DNA of 64,000 bases. Origin: an uncultured Lachnospiraceae bacterium. GTDB taxonomy: Bacteria; Bacillota; Clostridia; Lachnospirales; Lachnospiraceae. Every line of letters begins with the position of its first letter. Position 1 is the first letter of the stretch. Positions 28,209 through 37,500 of the stretch are shown piece by piece. The translations under genes were made by a program, and so were the position numbers. The notes beneath the pieces were generated by a model, which had not been told where the DNA came from, made no database searches, and saw only the letters and a list, made by a program, of their open reading frames with translations. The stretch spans positions 128,180 to 192,179 of the forward strand of contig CANPZI010000003.1 of assembly GCA_947588995.1 (NCBI GenBank). Direction: 5' to 3'.

Positions 28209-29027
28209 TTATGAATAATAGGCCATCAGGACCGTGATATCGTCCCCGCAGCCGAGCTCGCTCGTCTCCTTAAGCCATCCTCTCAGACTGTCCGATACGG
28301 CTTTCGCGCCGTGTTTTCGCAGCAGCGCATAGTAATCGGCACAGGTTTTACAGAATTCGTCCCCGTTCTTATAGCTGTTCGCCATGCCGTCCGTGGAGAG
28401 CATGTACAAAAGCGGTCGCCGCCGCTTCCCGTCCCGCCTCGCCGTGCAGGTGATCGCTTTGCGCCATGCCTCCGCACGGCTCAGCGAATGCGTCTCCGTG
28501 CCGAGAATCTTATCCGCCTCGATCACGCTCTGCACACCTTTGCCTGTAACTTCCATGATATCGCCGTCCCCCAGCTGAAAAGCGAACAGGAACTCTTCCG
28601 TCAGCGCCAGGCCGAGCAGTGTGCTGCCGTACATGCGGTACACGGCCTCGCTGTCCTTTTCCCCTTCCGGATCAAGAGGAACTTCCCGTTTATGGTTCGC
28701 GTGGGCTTTCAGGACTCTGCGCTTCCACTCAGCCTCAATGGCCTGCGCCACCTTGGTGTCGCCCTCGCGCTTTAGAAACGTCAGGAGCATATCCGTCCTG
28801 TCGGCGTAGGTGTCCAGATAATCCTCCATGATTTTACAGAAGACATTCACGGCGATATCCGCTCCCGTTCTGCTGTATGGACAGGCATCGCTCCCATGGC
28901 CGTCGGCGACCGCCAGGATAACGGTATCCTCGCCACGCTCGACCTTTTTCAGGCTGTCCTGACACTCCCGCCCGCTTCTGATGTGGGACGCGCCCTGCAC
29001 GGATTCGCCAAATACGATTCGCGCCAT
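28209..29027 (-). CDS. PP2C-family Ser/Thr phosphatase (TerY-P triad phosphatase-like)
   Basis: GESVQGASHIRSGRECQDS, ILAVADGHGS, LSTDGM, GCGDDITVLM metal-binding Asp motifs. The ATG at 29027 is 7 nt after AGAGAGGGTG. Lies 5-14 nt downstream of the vWA gene. Confidence 0.85.
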   Translation of the reverse strand: MARIVFGESVQGASHIRSGRECQDSLKKVERGEDTVILAVADGHGSDACPYSRTGADIAVNVFCKIMEDYLDTYADRTDMLLTFLKREGDTKVAQAIEAEWKRRVLKAHANHKREVPLDPEGEKDSEAVYRMYGSTLLGLALTEEFLFAFQLGDGDIMEVTGKGVQSVIEADKILGTETHSLSRAEAWRKAITCTARRDGKRRRPLLYMLSTDGMANSYKNGDEFCKTCADYYALLRKHGAKAVSDSLRGWLKETSELGCGDDITVLMAYYS

Positions 29028-29041
29028 AGCCAACACCCTCT

Positions 29042-29764
29042 CTACCAGACGTCGCCGTCCTGAATATCGTCCTGATCGGGAAGCCTGCCTCCCATGCTCA
29101 CGATGACGGGCGTATCGGCGCCTGTGCCGCCCTCCGCCGCCTCATCCGCCGCGATGCTCGCCGGGGCGGAGACCAGGGATGCCGCGGTGGAGGCCCATTT
29201 GATCATCTTGGTGAGCGCCGCCGCGTTGTTCGCCTGCAGTACCAGCTCCCTGTTGCCCGTGAACTCCTCCAGCACCGTGTCGTCCGCATCCTGTCCGATG
29301 GAGATCGCGATTTTGACGGCCTTTTTCCCCCAGGGGAGCTTCTTTAACTCCTCCAGCGACTTCTTGTAGTCGTCCGTCGGCTGCCCGTCCGACAGAAGAA
29401 CCAGCACGGGCGGAAGCGCCCTGTCGGACATGGGCGGTATCGTCAGCTGCGCCGCCAGAAGCTCGAACGCCTTGCCCAGATCGGTCACCCCGTCCGCCTC
29501 CAGATCGTCCCATGCAAAATCTTCCACATTCACGGGACTGCTCGTCACCCAGGATGCGCCCGTGGAAAATTTGAGCGTGCGGATCATGAGCTGCGCATTC
29601 GGATTGTTCTCCGCCGCCGCCACCATCTCCGGAATCGTCGACTGGATCGCGTGATTCACCGTGCCGATCTTTTCCCCGCGCATGGAACCTGAACAGTCCA
29701 CAATCCAAAAGAAATGCAAGGGTCTGCTCGCCAGTTCCCCGCCCGGTCTTTTCAATGCTGCCAT
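29042..29764 (-). CDS. von Willebrand factor A domain protein (TerY-like)
   Basis: MIDAS DCSGSM ... GVTDLG ... LLSDGQPTD. 240 aa with an acidic tail. AGGAGG RBS before the ATG at 29764. Confidence 0.85.
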   Translation of the reverse strand: MAALKRPGGELASRPLHFFWIVDCSGSMRGEKIGTVNHAIQSTIPEMVAAAENNPNAQLMIRTLKFSTGASWVTSSPVNVEDFAWDDLEADGVTDLGKAFELLAAQLTIPPMSDRALPPVLVLLSDGQPTDDYKKSLEELKKLPWGKKAVKIAISIGQDADDTVLEEFTGNRELVLQANNAAALTKMIKWASTAASLVSAPASIAADEAAEGGTGADTPVIVSMGGRLPDQDDIQDGDVW

Positions 29765-29777
29765 AGTATCCCTCCTC

Positions 29778-30932
29778 TTATCCCTGTGCCCTGGCACATC
29801 TGATCTGCTGTTTTCTCGCATAGCTCATCGCATATGAGCCCGCATTGCACAATATCGTAAAGTCCGGATGTCTGTCGTCAGCCTCCCCGAACGTCTGGAT
29901 AAAGCCGCTTCCTCTGCCGCCGCCGATCTCGCTGACGGAGTCAGGCAGATAGATGCGCTCTAACTTCCTGCACCCGGCAAACGCGCCCTGCCCGATGCTC
30001 TGCACGCCCTCCGGCAGCGTCACGGACACCAGCGACTCGCAGCCCTCGAAAGCTTCCGACCGAATCGCGGAGAGCGCCGGCGGAAAGATCACTTCCGTCA
30101 GGCTTTTGCACCAGCAGAACGTATTCTCTTTAATTTCCCCAAGCCCGGCAGACAACGCAATCCTCTCCAGCTTCGCGCAGCCGGCGAAAGCGTTCTCACC
30201 GATATACTTCACACTGTCCGGCACATTCACACGCTCCAGCGCCGTATTTTCAAATGTGCCCTCCAGCTTCGTCATGGTTCCCAGAATCTTCGGACAGCCG
30301 GTCGGATCCGCCGTGCCGATCCGCTTCAATGTCCCCGGCAGGACTACCTCCCGCAGCTCCTTGCAGTTTAAGAACACGCCGTTGCCCAGCGTCTCGATGC
30401 CCTCCGGAAGAACAATCTTCTCGATGCCGACGCAGCCCTTAAAAGCGTGGTTGCCAAGCTCTGTCACCTTTCTGCCGCCGACGCTGCCCGGCACCGCGAT
30501 CACCGCCTCGTCGAAATCGATATAGCGAAGCAGCCGGATCCCTTTCGGCGTATCCTCGTACTCGTAGGCGCTCTCGTCAGCCTCCGGCACTTCCCCGCCC
30601 GCGGGGACGCCCTCCGTCTCTCCGCCGCACTCTGCCTCCGTCATGACGCCGAGCGCCCTCGCCCAGGTCAGCACGGCAGCCTCGGCGTTCTGCGTCTGTA
30701 TGCCGTATCCCTGGCCGACAGACTTTACGAAACGGTGCAGCGACACATCGTCCAGCCGGTCAAGCCCCTGCAGTTCCCCGACAATGCCGTCGTCATAAAC
30801 CATCAGCAGGATGTTCCGCCGCAGTCTGTCCTCCGCAAAGAAATCAGACAACAGTGCCTGCAGCTTTTTTCGGTCAGAGAGAGCGTCCGGATAATCTTTT
30901 ACAATCCTTGCCAAGATTCTGTGATCTTCCAT
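29778..30932 (-). CDS. cytoplasmic BspA-type leucine-rich-repeat protein with helical N-terminal domain
   Basis: 384 aa, no signal peptide. About 7 repeats of the pattern I-x-L/I-P-x-x-V/I-x-x-I-G-x-x-A-F-x-x-C-x-x-L (e.g. IVLPEGIETLGNGVFLNCKEL, VTLPEGVQSIGQGAFAGCRKL). AAGGAGG RBS. Lies 9 nt after the kinase stop. Confidence 0.8.
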   Translation of the reverse strand: MEDHRILARIVKDYPDALSDRKKLQALLSDFFAEDRLRRNILLMVYDDGIVGELQGLDRLDDVSLHRFVKSVGQGYGIQTQNAEAAVLTWARALGVMTEAECGGETEGVPAGGEVPEADESAYEYEDTPKGIRLLRYIDFDEAVIAVPGSVGGRKVTELGNHAFKGCVGIEKIVLPEGIETLGNGVFLNCKELREVVLPGTLKRIGTADPTGCPKILGTMTKLEGTFENTALERVNVPDSVKYIGENAFAGCAKLERIALSAGLGEIKENTFCWCKSLTEVIFPPALSAIRSEAFEGCESLVSVTLPEGVQSIGQGAFAGCRKLERIYLPDSVSEIGGGRGSGFIQTFGEADDRHPDFTILCNAGSYAMSYARKQQIRCARAQG

Positions 30933-30941
30933 GAGGCCTCC

Positions 30942-32240
30942 TTAACAAAATTCTCCCACAAGCTGCCCGAAATCAATCTTCACATTCTCCGCAATCGCGG
31001 CGGAGCGCCCCGGCTCAATCGGAATCTGCGTGCCGTCCGCCTTGATGTATGTCCAGTTGTCTTTCGTGAGGTTCTTAATGCCCCATATGTCGGAATTCTT
31101 CGGATTCCGCACCACCTCGCCGGCTGCCGTCTCCATATCGTATCCGCCGTCCGTGTGGTGCCTGTACAGTTTCGTGCCGGCCGAAAGCAGCAGGGTGCTC
31201 CTCCCCGCGACGAGCTTGGCCGGAACGGTCACGGGCTTCTGGCAGCTCCAGCAGGTGTGCGCCGCGCCGGCCGCCTCTTTCTGTGCGTCATAGAAAACCT
31301 CCGCACCGCAGTGCGGACAGACGATGATGCCGGACATCAGATTGGCAAAAGTCTCCAGCCACTGCGTCTCGGTCACCCTGCGGTTCGGCTCTCTCAGGCC
31401 CACCGTGAAAGACTCGGTAAACAGATCCCGCAGCTTCCCTGGGTACAGATCCCAGAAGATGAGCGCGTTGTCCTGATAACCCGCAAGCGGCCTGTTATCC
31501 TTGTTGTCCGGGTCGAAGATAAAAAGCGGATCGGTCCCGTACAGCCTGTTCATCGCGTGGATATCCATACACTTGATCTGCGCCTCCCGCTTTCCCTCCA
31601 ACGGGTGATTCAGCATAAACATATAGAACAGAAGCACTGCCAGGGAAAACAGATCGGTGTTCCGCGACGGCTTCGCCCTGCCCAGCACAATCTCCGGCGC
31701 CATAAAGCGCGGCGTCCCATAGATTCCGCTCTTCGCTCCGTTGTAGGAGACGTTGTCGTTGTCGCAGATCAGGACGTCGCCGGTGTCCGGATCGAAGAAC
31801 ACATTGCCGAAAGAGATATCGCGGTAGCTGTAACCTTTCGCGTGCAGCGCGTTGTAGCCTTTGGTCAGGTTGTAGGCAGCCCGGCACAGGCAGTAGAAAG
31901 AAGGCTCGGCCCGGCGCTTCATCATGTCCACGATACTCTTATAATGGGATGGCCGAAGCGGCATCACATAGCCGAAAGAATCCCCTTTCGCGCTGTCGAT
32001 CATATCCTGCGGCCACAGAAAAGAGACGTCCGGCTGCCCTTTGCGGATCAGGTTATCCAGAATCTCCCGCTGGTTCTCCGTGGCGGTATTTTTATAATAC
32101 CACTTCATGGCGCAGGTTTTGCCGCGCGATTCCACCTCGTAGACTTCGCCCTGCCCGCCGGAGCCCAGAAGTCTTTTAATCTTATACTTGACACCGCTCT
32201 CAGCAAGAAGCGACGTGCCGTTCTTCAACTGTCCGTCCAT
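30942..32240 (-). CDS. Ser/Thr protein kinase with zinc ribbon and FHA-like C-terminal domain
   Basis: LGSGGQGEVY, CAMKWY, YRDISFGN, ICDNDN, GTPRFMAPE, then CPHCG...CWSC. The ATG at 32240 is preceded by AGGAGA. A longer start at 32270 is possible (tracked ORF 30942..32270). Confidence 0.85.
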   Translation of the reverse strand: MDGQLKNGTSLLAESGVKYKIKRLLGSGGQGEVYEVESRGKTCAMKWYYKNTATENQREILDNLIRKGQPDVSFLWPQDMIDSAKGDSFGYVMPLRPSHYKSIVDMMKRRAEPSFYCLCRAAYNLTKGYNALHAKGYSYRDISFGNVFFDPDTGDVLICDNDNVSYNGAKSGIYGTPRFMAPEIVLGRAKPSRNTDLFSLAVLLFYMFMLNHPLEGKREAQIKCMDIHAMNRLYGTDPLFIFDPDNKDNRPLAGYQDNALIFWDLYPGKLRDLFTESFTVGLREPNRRVTETQWLETFANLMSGIIVCPHCGAEVFYDAQKEAAGAAHTCWSCQKPVTVPAKLVAGRSTLLLSAGTKLYRHHTDGGYDMETAAGEVVRNPKNSDIWGIKNLTKDNWTYIKADGTQIPIEPGRSAAIAENVKIDFGQLVGEFC

Positions 32241-32285
32241 AATCGGTTTCTCCTGCCTGCCGTCATACATCCGCCCGCAGACGAA

Positions 32286-33503
32286 TCAAATACTGGCCCT
32301 CACCACTTTGGGCTGATAGCCGTTCTCATGCAGCGCCTTGATAATCTGTTCCTTGTGTTCCGTGCCGTAGGCCTCCAGCGTGATACGCAGCTCCACCGCC
32401 GCGCTGCGGTTGATCGAGACGAACTGGTTGTGCTCCAGCTTGATGACATTGCCGTTCTGCTTCGCGATGATGCCGGAGACTCTCGTCAACTCTCCCGGCT
32501 TATCCGGCAGAAGCACCGACACCGTAAAGATTCTGTCGCGCAGCACCAGCCCCTGCTGTACCACCGAGGACATCGTGATCACATCCATGTTGCCGCCGCT
32601 CAAGATCGATACGATCTTCTTATTCTTCACGTCGAGGTGCTTGAGCGCCGCCACCGTGAGCAGGCCGGAGTTCTCCACGATCATCTTGTGGTTCTCCACC
32701 ATATCGAGGAATGCGACGACCAGCTCCTCGTCCTCCACGGTGATGATATCGTCCAGATTTTTGCTGATATACGGAAAGATATTCGTTCCCGGCGTCTTCA
32801 CCGCCGTGCCGTCCGCGATGGTGCTCACATGGTCGAGCGTCATGACTTTGCCCGCGCGGATGGACTCCTGCATACAGTTCGCCCCGGCAGGTTCCACGCC
32901 GATCACTTTGATCTTGGGATTCAGGAGCTTTGCCAGAGTGGAAACGCCCGTGGCCAGCCCGCCGCCGCCGACCGGCACGAGAATATAGTCCACCAGCGGC
33001 AGTTCCTTGATGATTTCCATGGCGATCGTGCCCTGCCCCGTGGCCACGTCCAGATCGTCAAAAGGATGCACGAACGTGTAGCCTTTCTCCTCCGCCAGCC
33101 GGTACGCATAGGCGCACGCCTCATCATACACATCGCCGCTTAAGATCACTTCCGCCCCATAGCCTTTCGTGCGGTTCACCTTGATGAGCGGCGTGGTGGT
33201 GGGCATCACGATAACCGCCTTGACGCCGTAACACTTTGCCGCGTAGGCGACGCCCTGGGCGTGATTGCCCGCCGACGCCGTGATCAGACCTCTTCCCCGC
33301 TCCTCCTCGGACAGGGTGCTGATCTTGTAGTACGCGCCGCGCAGCTTGTACGCGCCCGTCAGCTGCATGTTCTCGGGCTTTAAGTACACCTTGTTGTCCG
33401 TCTGTGCACTGAAGTAATCACTGTACACCAGCTTCGTCTCCGAGGCCACTTCCCTGACTACCTCGTACGCCTCCTCAAATTTATCCAATGACAGTTCTTT
33501 CAT
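32286..33503 (-). CDS. ilvA: threonine ammonia-lyase
   Basis: PLP lysine YKLRGAYYK, SAGNHAQGVA, GGGGL loop, C-terminal ACT-like domain. Confidence 0.9.
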   Translation of the reverse strand: MKELSLDKFEEAYEVVREVASETKLVYSDYFSAQTDNKVYLKPENMQLTGAYKLRGAYYKISTLSEEERGRGLITASAGNHAQGVAYAAKCYGVKAVIVMPTTTPLIKVNRTKGYGAEVILSGDVYDEACAYAYRLAEEKGYTFVHPFDDLDVATGQGTIAMEIIKELPLVDYILVPVGGGGLATGVSTLAKLLNPKIKVIGVEPAGANCMQESIRAGKVMTLDHVSTIADGTAVKTPGTNIFPYISKNLDDIITVEDEELVVAFLDMVENHKMIVENSGLLTVAALKHLDVKNKKIVSILSGGNMDVITMSSVVQQGLVLRDRIFTVSVLLPDKPGELTRVSGIIAKQNGNVIKLEHNQFVSINRSAAVELRITLEAYGTEHKEQIIKALHENGYQPKVVRASI

Positions 33504-33531
33504 GGCTTCCTCCTCTTATCCGCTATCCTTT

Positions 33532-34503
33532 TCACTCCGCCTCTTCCGTATTCTCCGCTCCCCGGCCGTCGTCCGCCGCCACGTCGAACAGCGCGTTCAC
33601 GAACTGCTCAGCGTCGAATTTCTGCAGATCGTCGATCGTCTCCCCGACGCCGATATATTTCACGGGGATCTGCAGCTGTGACTGGATCGCCACCGCGATG
33701 CCGCCCTTGGCCGTACCGTCCATCTTGGTGAGGATGATACCTGTCAGATCCGCGACCTCAGCGAATTCCTTTGCCTGCTGCAGCGCGTTCTGCCCCGTCG
33801 TGGCGTCGAGCACTACCAGATTCTCTCTGTGGGCATCCGGAAATTCCCTGTCGATGATACGGTTGATCTTTTTGAGTTCCTCCATCAGATTCTTCTTATT
33901 GTGCAGCCTGCCCGCCGTGTCGCAAAGAAGCACATCCACGCCCCTCGCTTTCGCCGCGTTTACGGCGTCATAGATCACGCTGGCGGGATCCGCTCCCTCG
34001 CTTCCGCCGATGAGATCCACGCCCGCGCGGTGCGCCCACTCATTAAGCTGCTCGCCGGCCGCCGCGCGGAAAGTGTCCGCCGCCGCCAAAAGCACCCTGC
34101 GCCCCTGCGCTTTGAGCTTGCCCGCCAGCTTGCCGACGGTGGTCGTCTTGCCGACGCCGTTTACGCCGATCACAAGCACCACCGACTGCCTGTGTTCAAA
34201 CTCGTATGCCGTGTCCCCCACCTGCATCTGTTCCACGATATTGCGGATCAGAAACTGCCTGCAGTCCGCGGGTTCCTTGATATGATTTTCTCTCACCTGT
34301 CCGCGCAGCTTGGTCAGAATTTCCTCCGTCGCTTTCACGCCGATATCGCCCATGATCAGGATCTCTTCCAGCTCCTCATAGAAATCCTCGTCGATACTGG
34401 AGAATCCGCCAAACACCGAATCGATTCCGTGCACGATATTGTTTCTGGTCTTGGCAAGCCCGTCCTTTAATCTGCCAAAGAAGCCCCTTTTCTCTTCACT
34501 CAT
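33532..34503 (-). CDS. ftsY: signal recognition particle receptor FtsY
   Basis: GVNGVGKTTT, DTAGRL, LTKMDGTAKGG. The start overlaps the smc stop. Confidence 0.93.
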   Translation of the reverse strand: MSEEKRGFFGRLKDGLAKTRNNIVHGIDSVFGGFSSIDEDFYEELEEILIMGDIGVKATEEILTKLRGQVRENHIKEPADCRQFLIRNIVEQMQVGDTAYEFEHRQSVVLVIGVNGVGKTTTVGKLAGKLKAQGRRVLLAAADTFRAAAGEQLNEWAHRAGVDLIGGSEGADPASVIYDAVNAAKARGVDVLLCDTAGRLHNKKNLMEELKKINRIIDREFPDAHRENLVVLDATTGQNALQQAKEFAEVADLTGIILTKMDGTAKGGIAVAIQSQLQIPVKYIGVGETIDDLQKFDAEQFVNALFDVAADDGRGAENTEEAE

Positions 34504-37500
34504 CAGTCATCCAATTCCTTATCAATCAAATTGACGCTTACTAACGTCGAGACGCCTTTCTCCTGCATGGTGATGCCGTACAGTCTGTCCGCCTTTTCCA
34601 TCGTGCCGCGCCTGTGCGTAATCACTATAAACTGTGTATTCTTAGTCAGTTTATGCAGATACTTCGCGAATCTTCCCACGTTATTCTCATCGAGGGCCGC
34701 CTCGATCTCATCCAGCAGGCAGAACGGGGACGGCTTCAGATTCTGGATTGCGAACAGCAGACAGATTGCCGTCAGAGACTTCTCGCCGCCGGACATCTGC
34801 ATCATGTTGACCAGCTTCTTGCCGGGCGGCTGGGCGATGATGCGGATGCCCGCCTCCAGAATATCCTCGTCCTCCATCAGTTCCAGTGTTCCCTTGCCGC
34901 CGCCGAAAAGTTCCCTGAAGACTTTGTCAAACTCCCTGTTGATCTCCGCAAACTTCTCGTTGAACTGCCTGCGCATGGAAGTGTCCAGTTCCTCGATGAT
35001 GTTGAGCAGCGTTTTCTCCGCCTCCACCAGATCGTCGTGCTGGGTCTTTAGGAACGTATAGCGCTCCATCAGATTTCTGTAATCTTCGATGGCGTTGACA
35101 TTGACGTCGCCCAGTTTTTTGATCTCGTCCTTGAGCGCCGCAATGTCTTTTTTCATGGCGGGGAGATCATTCATCGCCTCGTCTTTGAGCGTCTCCGCGT
35201 CGGACAGCGTGATCTCATATTCATCCCACATGTAGTTGATCTGCCCCTCTATGGACTCCTGCAGGCGTTCTTTCTGGCTCTCCAGGCGGTACACTTCCTT
35301 GTCCAGAGCCGTCATGCGCTCCGACATCTCCTCTCTGGAGGCGAAGAAATTCTTCTGTCTGGCAGCCAGTTCCTCCTTGGCTGCCGTGTCCTCCCTGAGC
35401 TTCTGTGCGGCGTCGTTCTGTGCGGTGTAGGAGGAAGCGATGGTCTTCTCGATCTCGGTGATGCTCTCTTTCTTGCGCTCCACTTCCTCCTTGCTCAGAT
35501 GCAGCCCCTCCTGCACCTCCTCAAGTTCCGCCGTGTGCCTGGCGATCTCGCCCTCCACACGCTCCAGATTCTGGCCCTGAAAATCTACGCTCTGACGCAT
35601 CTTTTCGACTTCCACATCCCACTCGGACACTTTGGACGACTGCGCGGATTCCTCCGCGCGGCTCTCCTCCAGCTGCCGCTGGAATTCCTCGATCTGCAGG
35701 CCCACATTTTTCTCAAGTGTCTCTGAGTCTTCCAGTTCCCTGGCAATCTCATCCTTGTCCGTCCGGATCTCCCTGATCTGCAGTTCGATCTCCTGCTCCT
35801 CGCTCTTTAACTCGCCGAAGCCCTCCTCCGTCTCGCTCTTCCTGTCCCTGGCCTGCATCACATTGAGCCTTGCGGTGTTCTGTTCGATAAACTTCTGCTG
35901 CAGCTGTCCCTTGACGTCCTCCACATCCAGACGCAGCTTGTTTCTCCTCTTCTTCGTATCCTCGATCTCATTGAGCAGCCTGTCGATCTCGACGACATAC
36001 TGCTTTACCTTTTTTTCCAGTTCCTCCATCTCCCGGCGTCTGCCCAGAAGATTGGAATTGTTCTTGAACGCGCCGCCGCTGATCGCGCCGCCGGGCACGA
36101 GCAGTTCTCCCTCCAGTGTGACCATGCGGATGCCGTAATCAAACTTTCTCGCGATCTTCACGGCATGGTCAACATTGTCCACAACCACGATACGTCCCAG
36201 CATCGCTTTCGCCACATTGCGGTACTTCTTCTCAATCTTCACCAGCTCATCCGCCATGCCGATGACGCCCTCCTCTTTCAGGGCCTCAGGATTCTTGAAC
36301 TCCTGCGGTTTGGTAATGCTGGTGAGCGGCAGGAACGTCGCGCGCCCGGCTCTCGTCTTCTTCAGATAGGCGATCATGCGCTTCGCCGTCTCCTCGTCCT
36401 CGGTGACAATATTCTGGATATTCCCGCCCAGCGCCGTCTCAATCGCCGTCTCGTACTTTGCCTCAGCCTGAATAATATCGGCCACGACACCGATGATGCC
36501 TTTCTCCTGTTCTTTCTGTTCCATCACGGCCTTGACGCTGCCGCCGTAACCCTCGTAGCGCTCCGTCAGGTTGGAAAGCGCCTCCAGCTTGGATTTTTCC
36601 TGATGATAGAGCACCTGTGTGTCGCGCAGCTTCTGATCTCTGCCTGCCAGCTCCTCCCTGAGCGCCGCAAGCTGTTCTTCCATCGTCGCCTGTCTGTCGT
36701 GAAGTTCCCGTATCACTGCGTTGACGGCTTCAAATTCCTCCTCCAGCTTCCTGATATTCTCCGCCTGTTCCGCCTCATCGGACTTCACGCGCAGAAGGCG
36801 GGAATTCAGTTCGGCCTTGCGGATATTGATCTGCTCCAGCTTCGCGTCATAACTTCCCAGCTTGGATTTGATCGTGGCGCGGTTGTTGAGGGCATCGATA
36901 ATCGTGTTCTTGCCGCTCTCGATATTGCCGTTCAACTCCTCTATCCTGCGCTGTATCCCCTCCAGAAGTTCCCTCGCCTCGCTCCTGGCCTGTTCCAGCC
37001 CGGCCAGTTTCGTGTCAATCTCCGCCTTGTCCGCGCGGATCTTTTCCCGCTCGGCACTCCTCTCCTCGATCAGTTCCCGGATGCTGCCGATACGATTCTG
37101 CAGATGTTCCTCGTTGCCCTCGGCGGAGTGGATCTGCTCCTTTAGGACATTGATTTCTCCCTCCAGCTTGGAGCGCGTGACGCCGGTATCCGTCAGCGTC
37201 GCCCGCGCCGCCTCGATCTCCTGATCCAGCTGCTCGATACGGCTCGCGATCTGCTCGTACTCATCCTTGATCTGCTCGTACTTCTGCGTGGTATCGCTCA
37301 GATCATCTCCGGCGATTTTCAGCTTTCCCTCCGTCTCGTCGAGCTGCTGCCTGACGCGCACATTCTCCAACAGGAACACGTTGACATCCAGCGTCTTTAA
37401 CGCTTCCTTTTTCTTCAGGTAGACCCTCGCTTTCTCAGCCTGCTTTTCCAGCGGTCCGACCTGCTTCTCCAGTTCCGAGAGAATATCGTTGACGCGGAGC

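Noticed and set aside
30447-33143. 898-aa plus-strand ORF spanning the kinase, the LRR gene and ilvA.
   Set aside because: It lies antisense to three well-supported minus-strand genes. Its composition is dominated by Arg/His/Leu/Gln/Pro, it has no recognisable motif and no RBS. This is a typical shadow ORF of GC-rich coding DNA.
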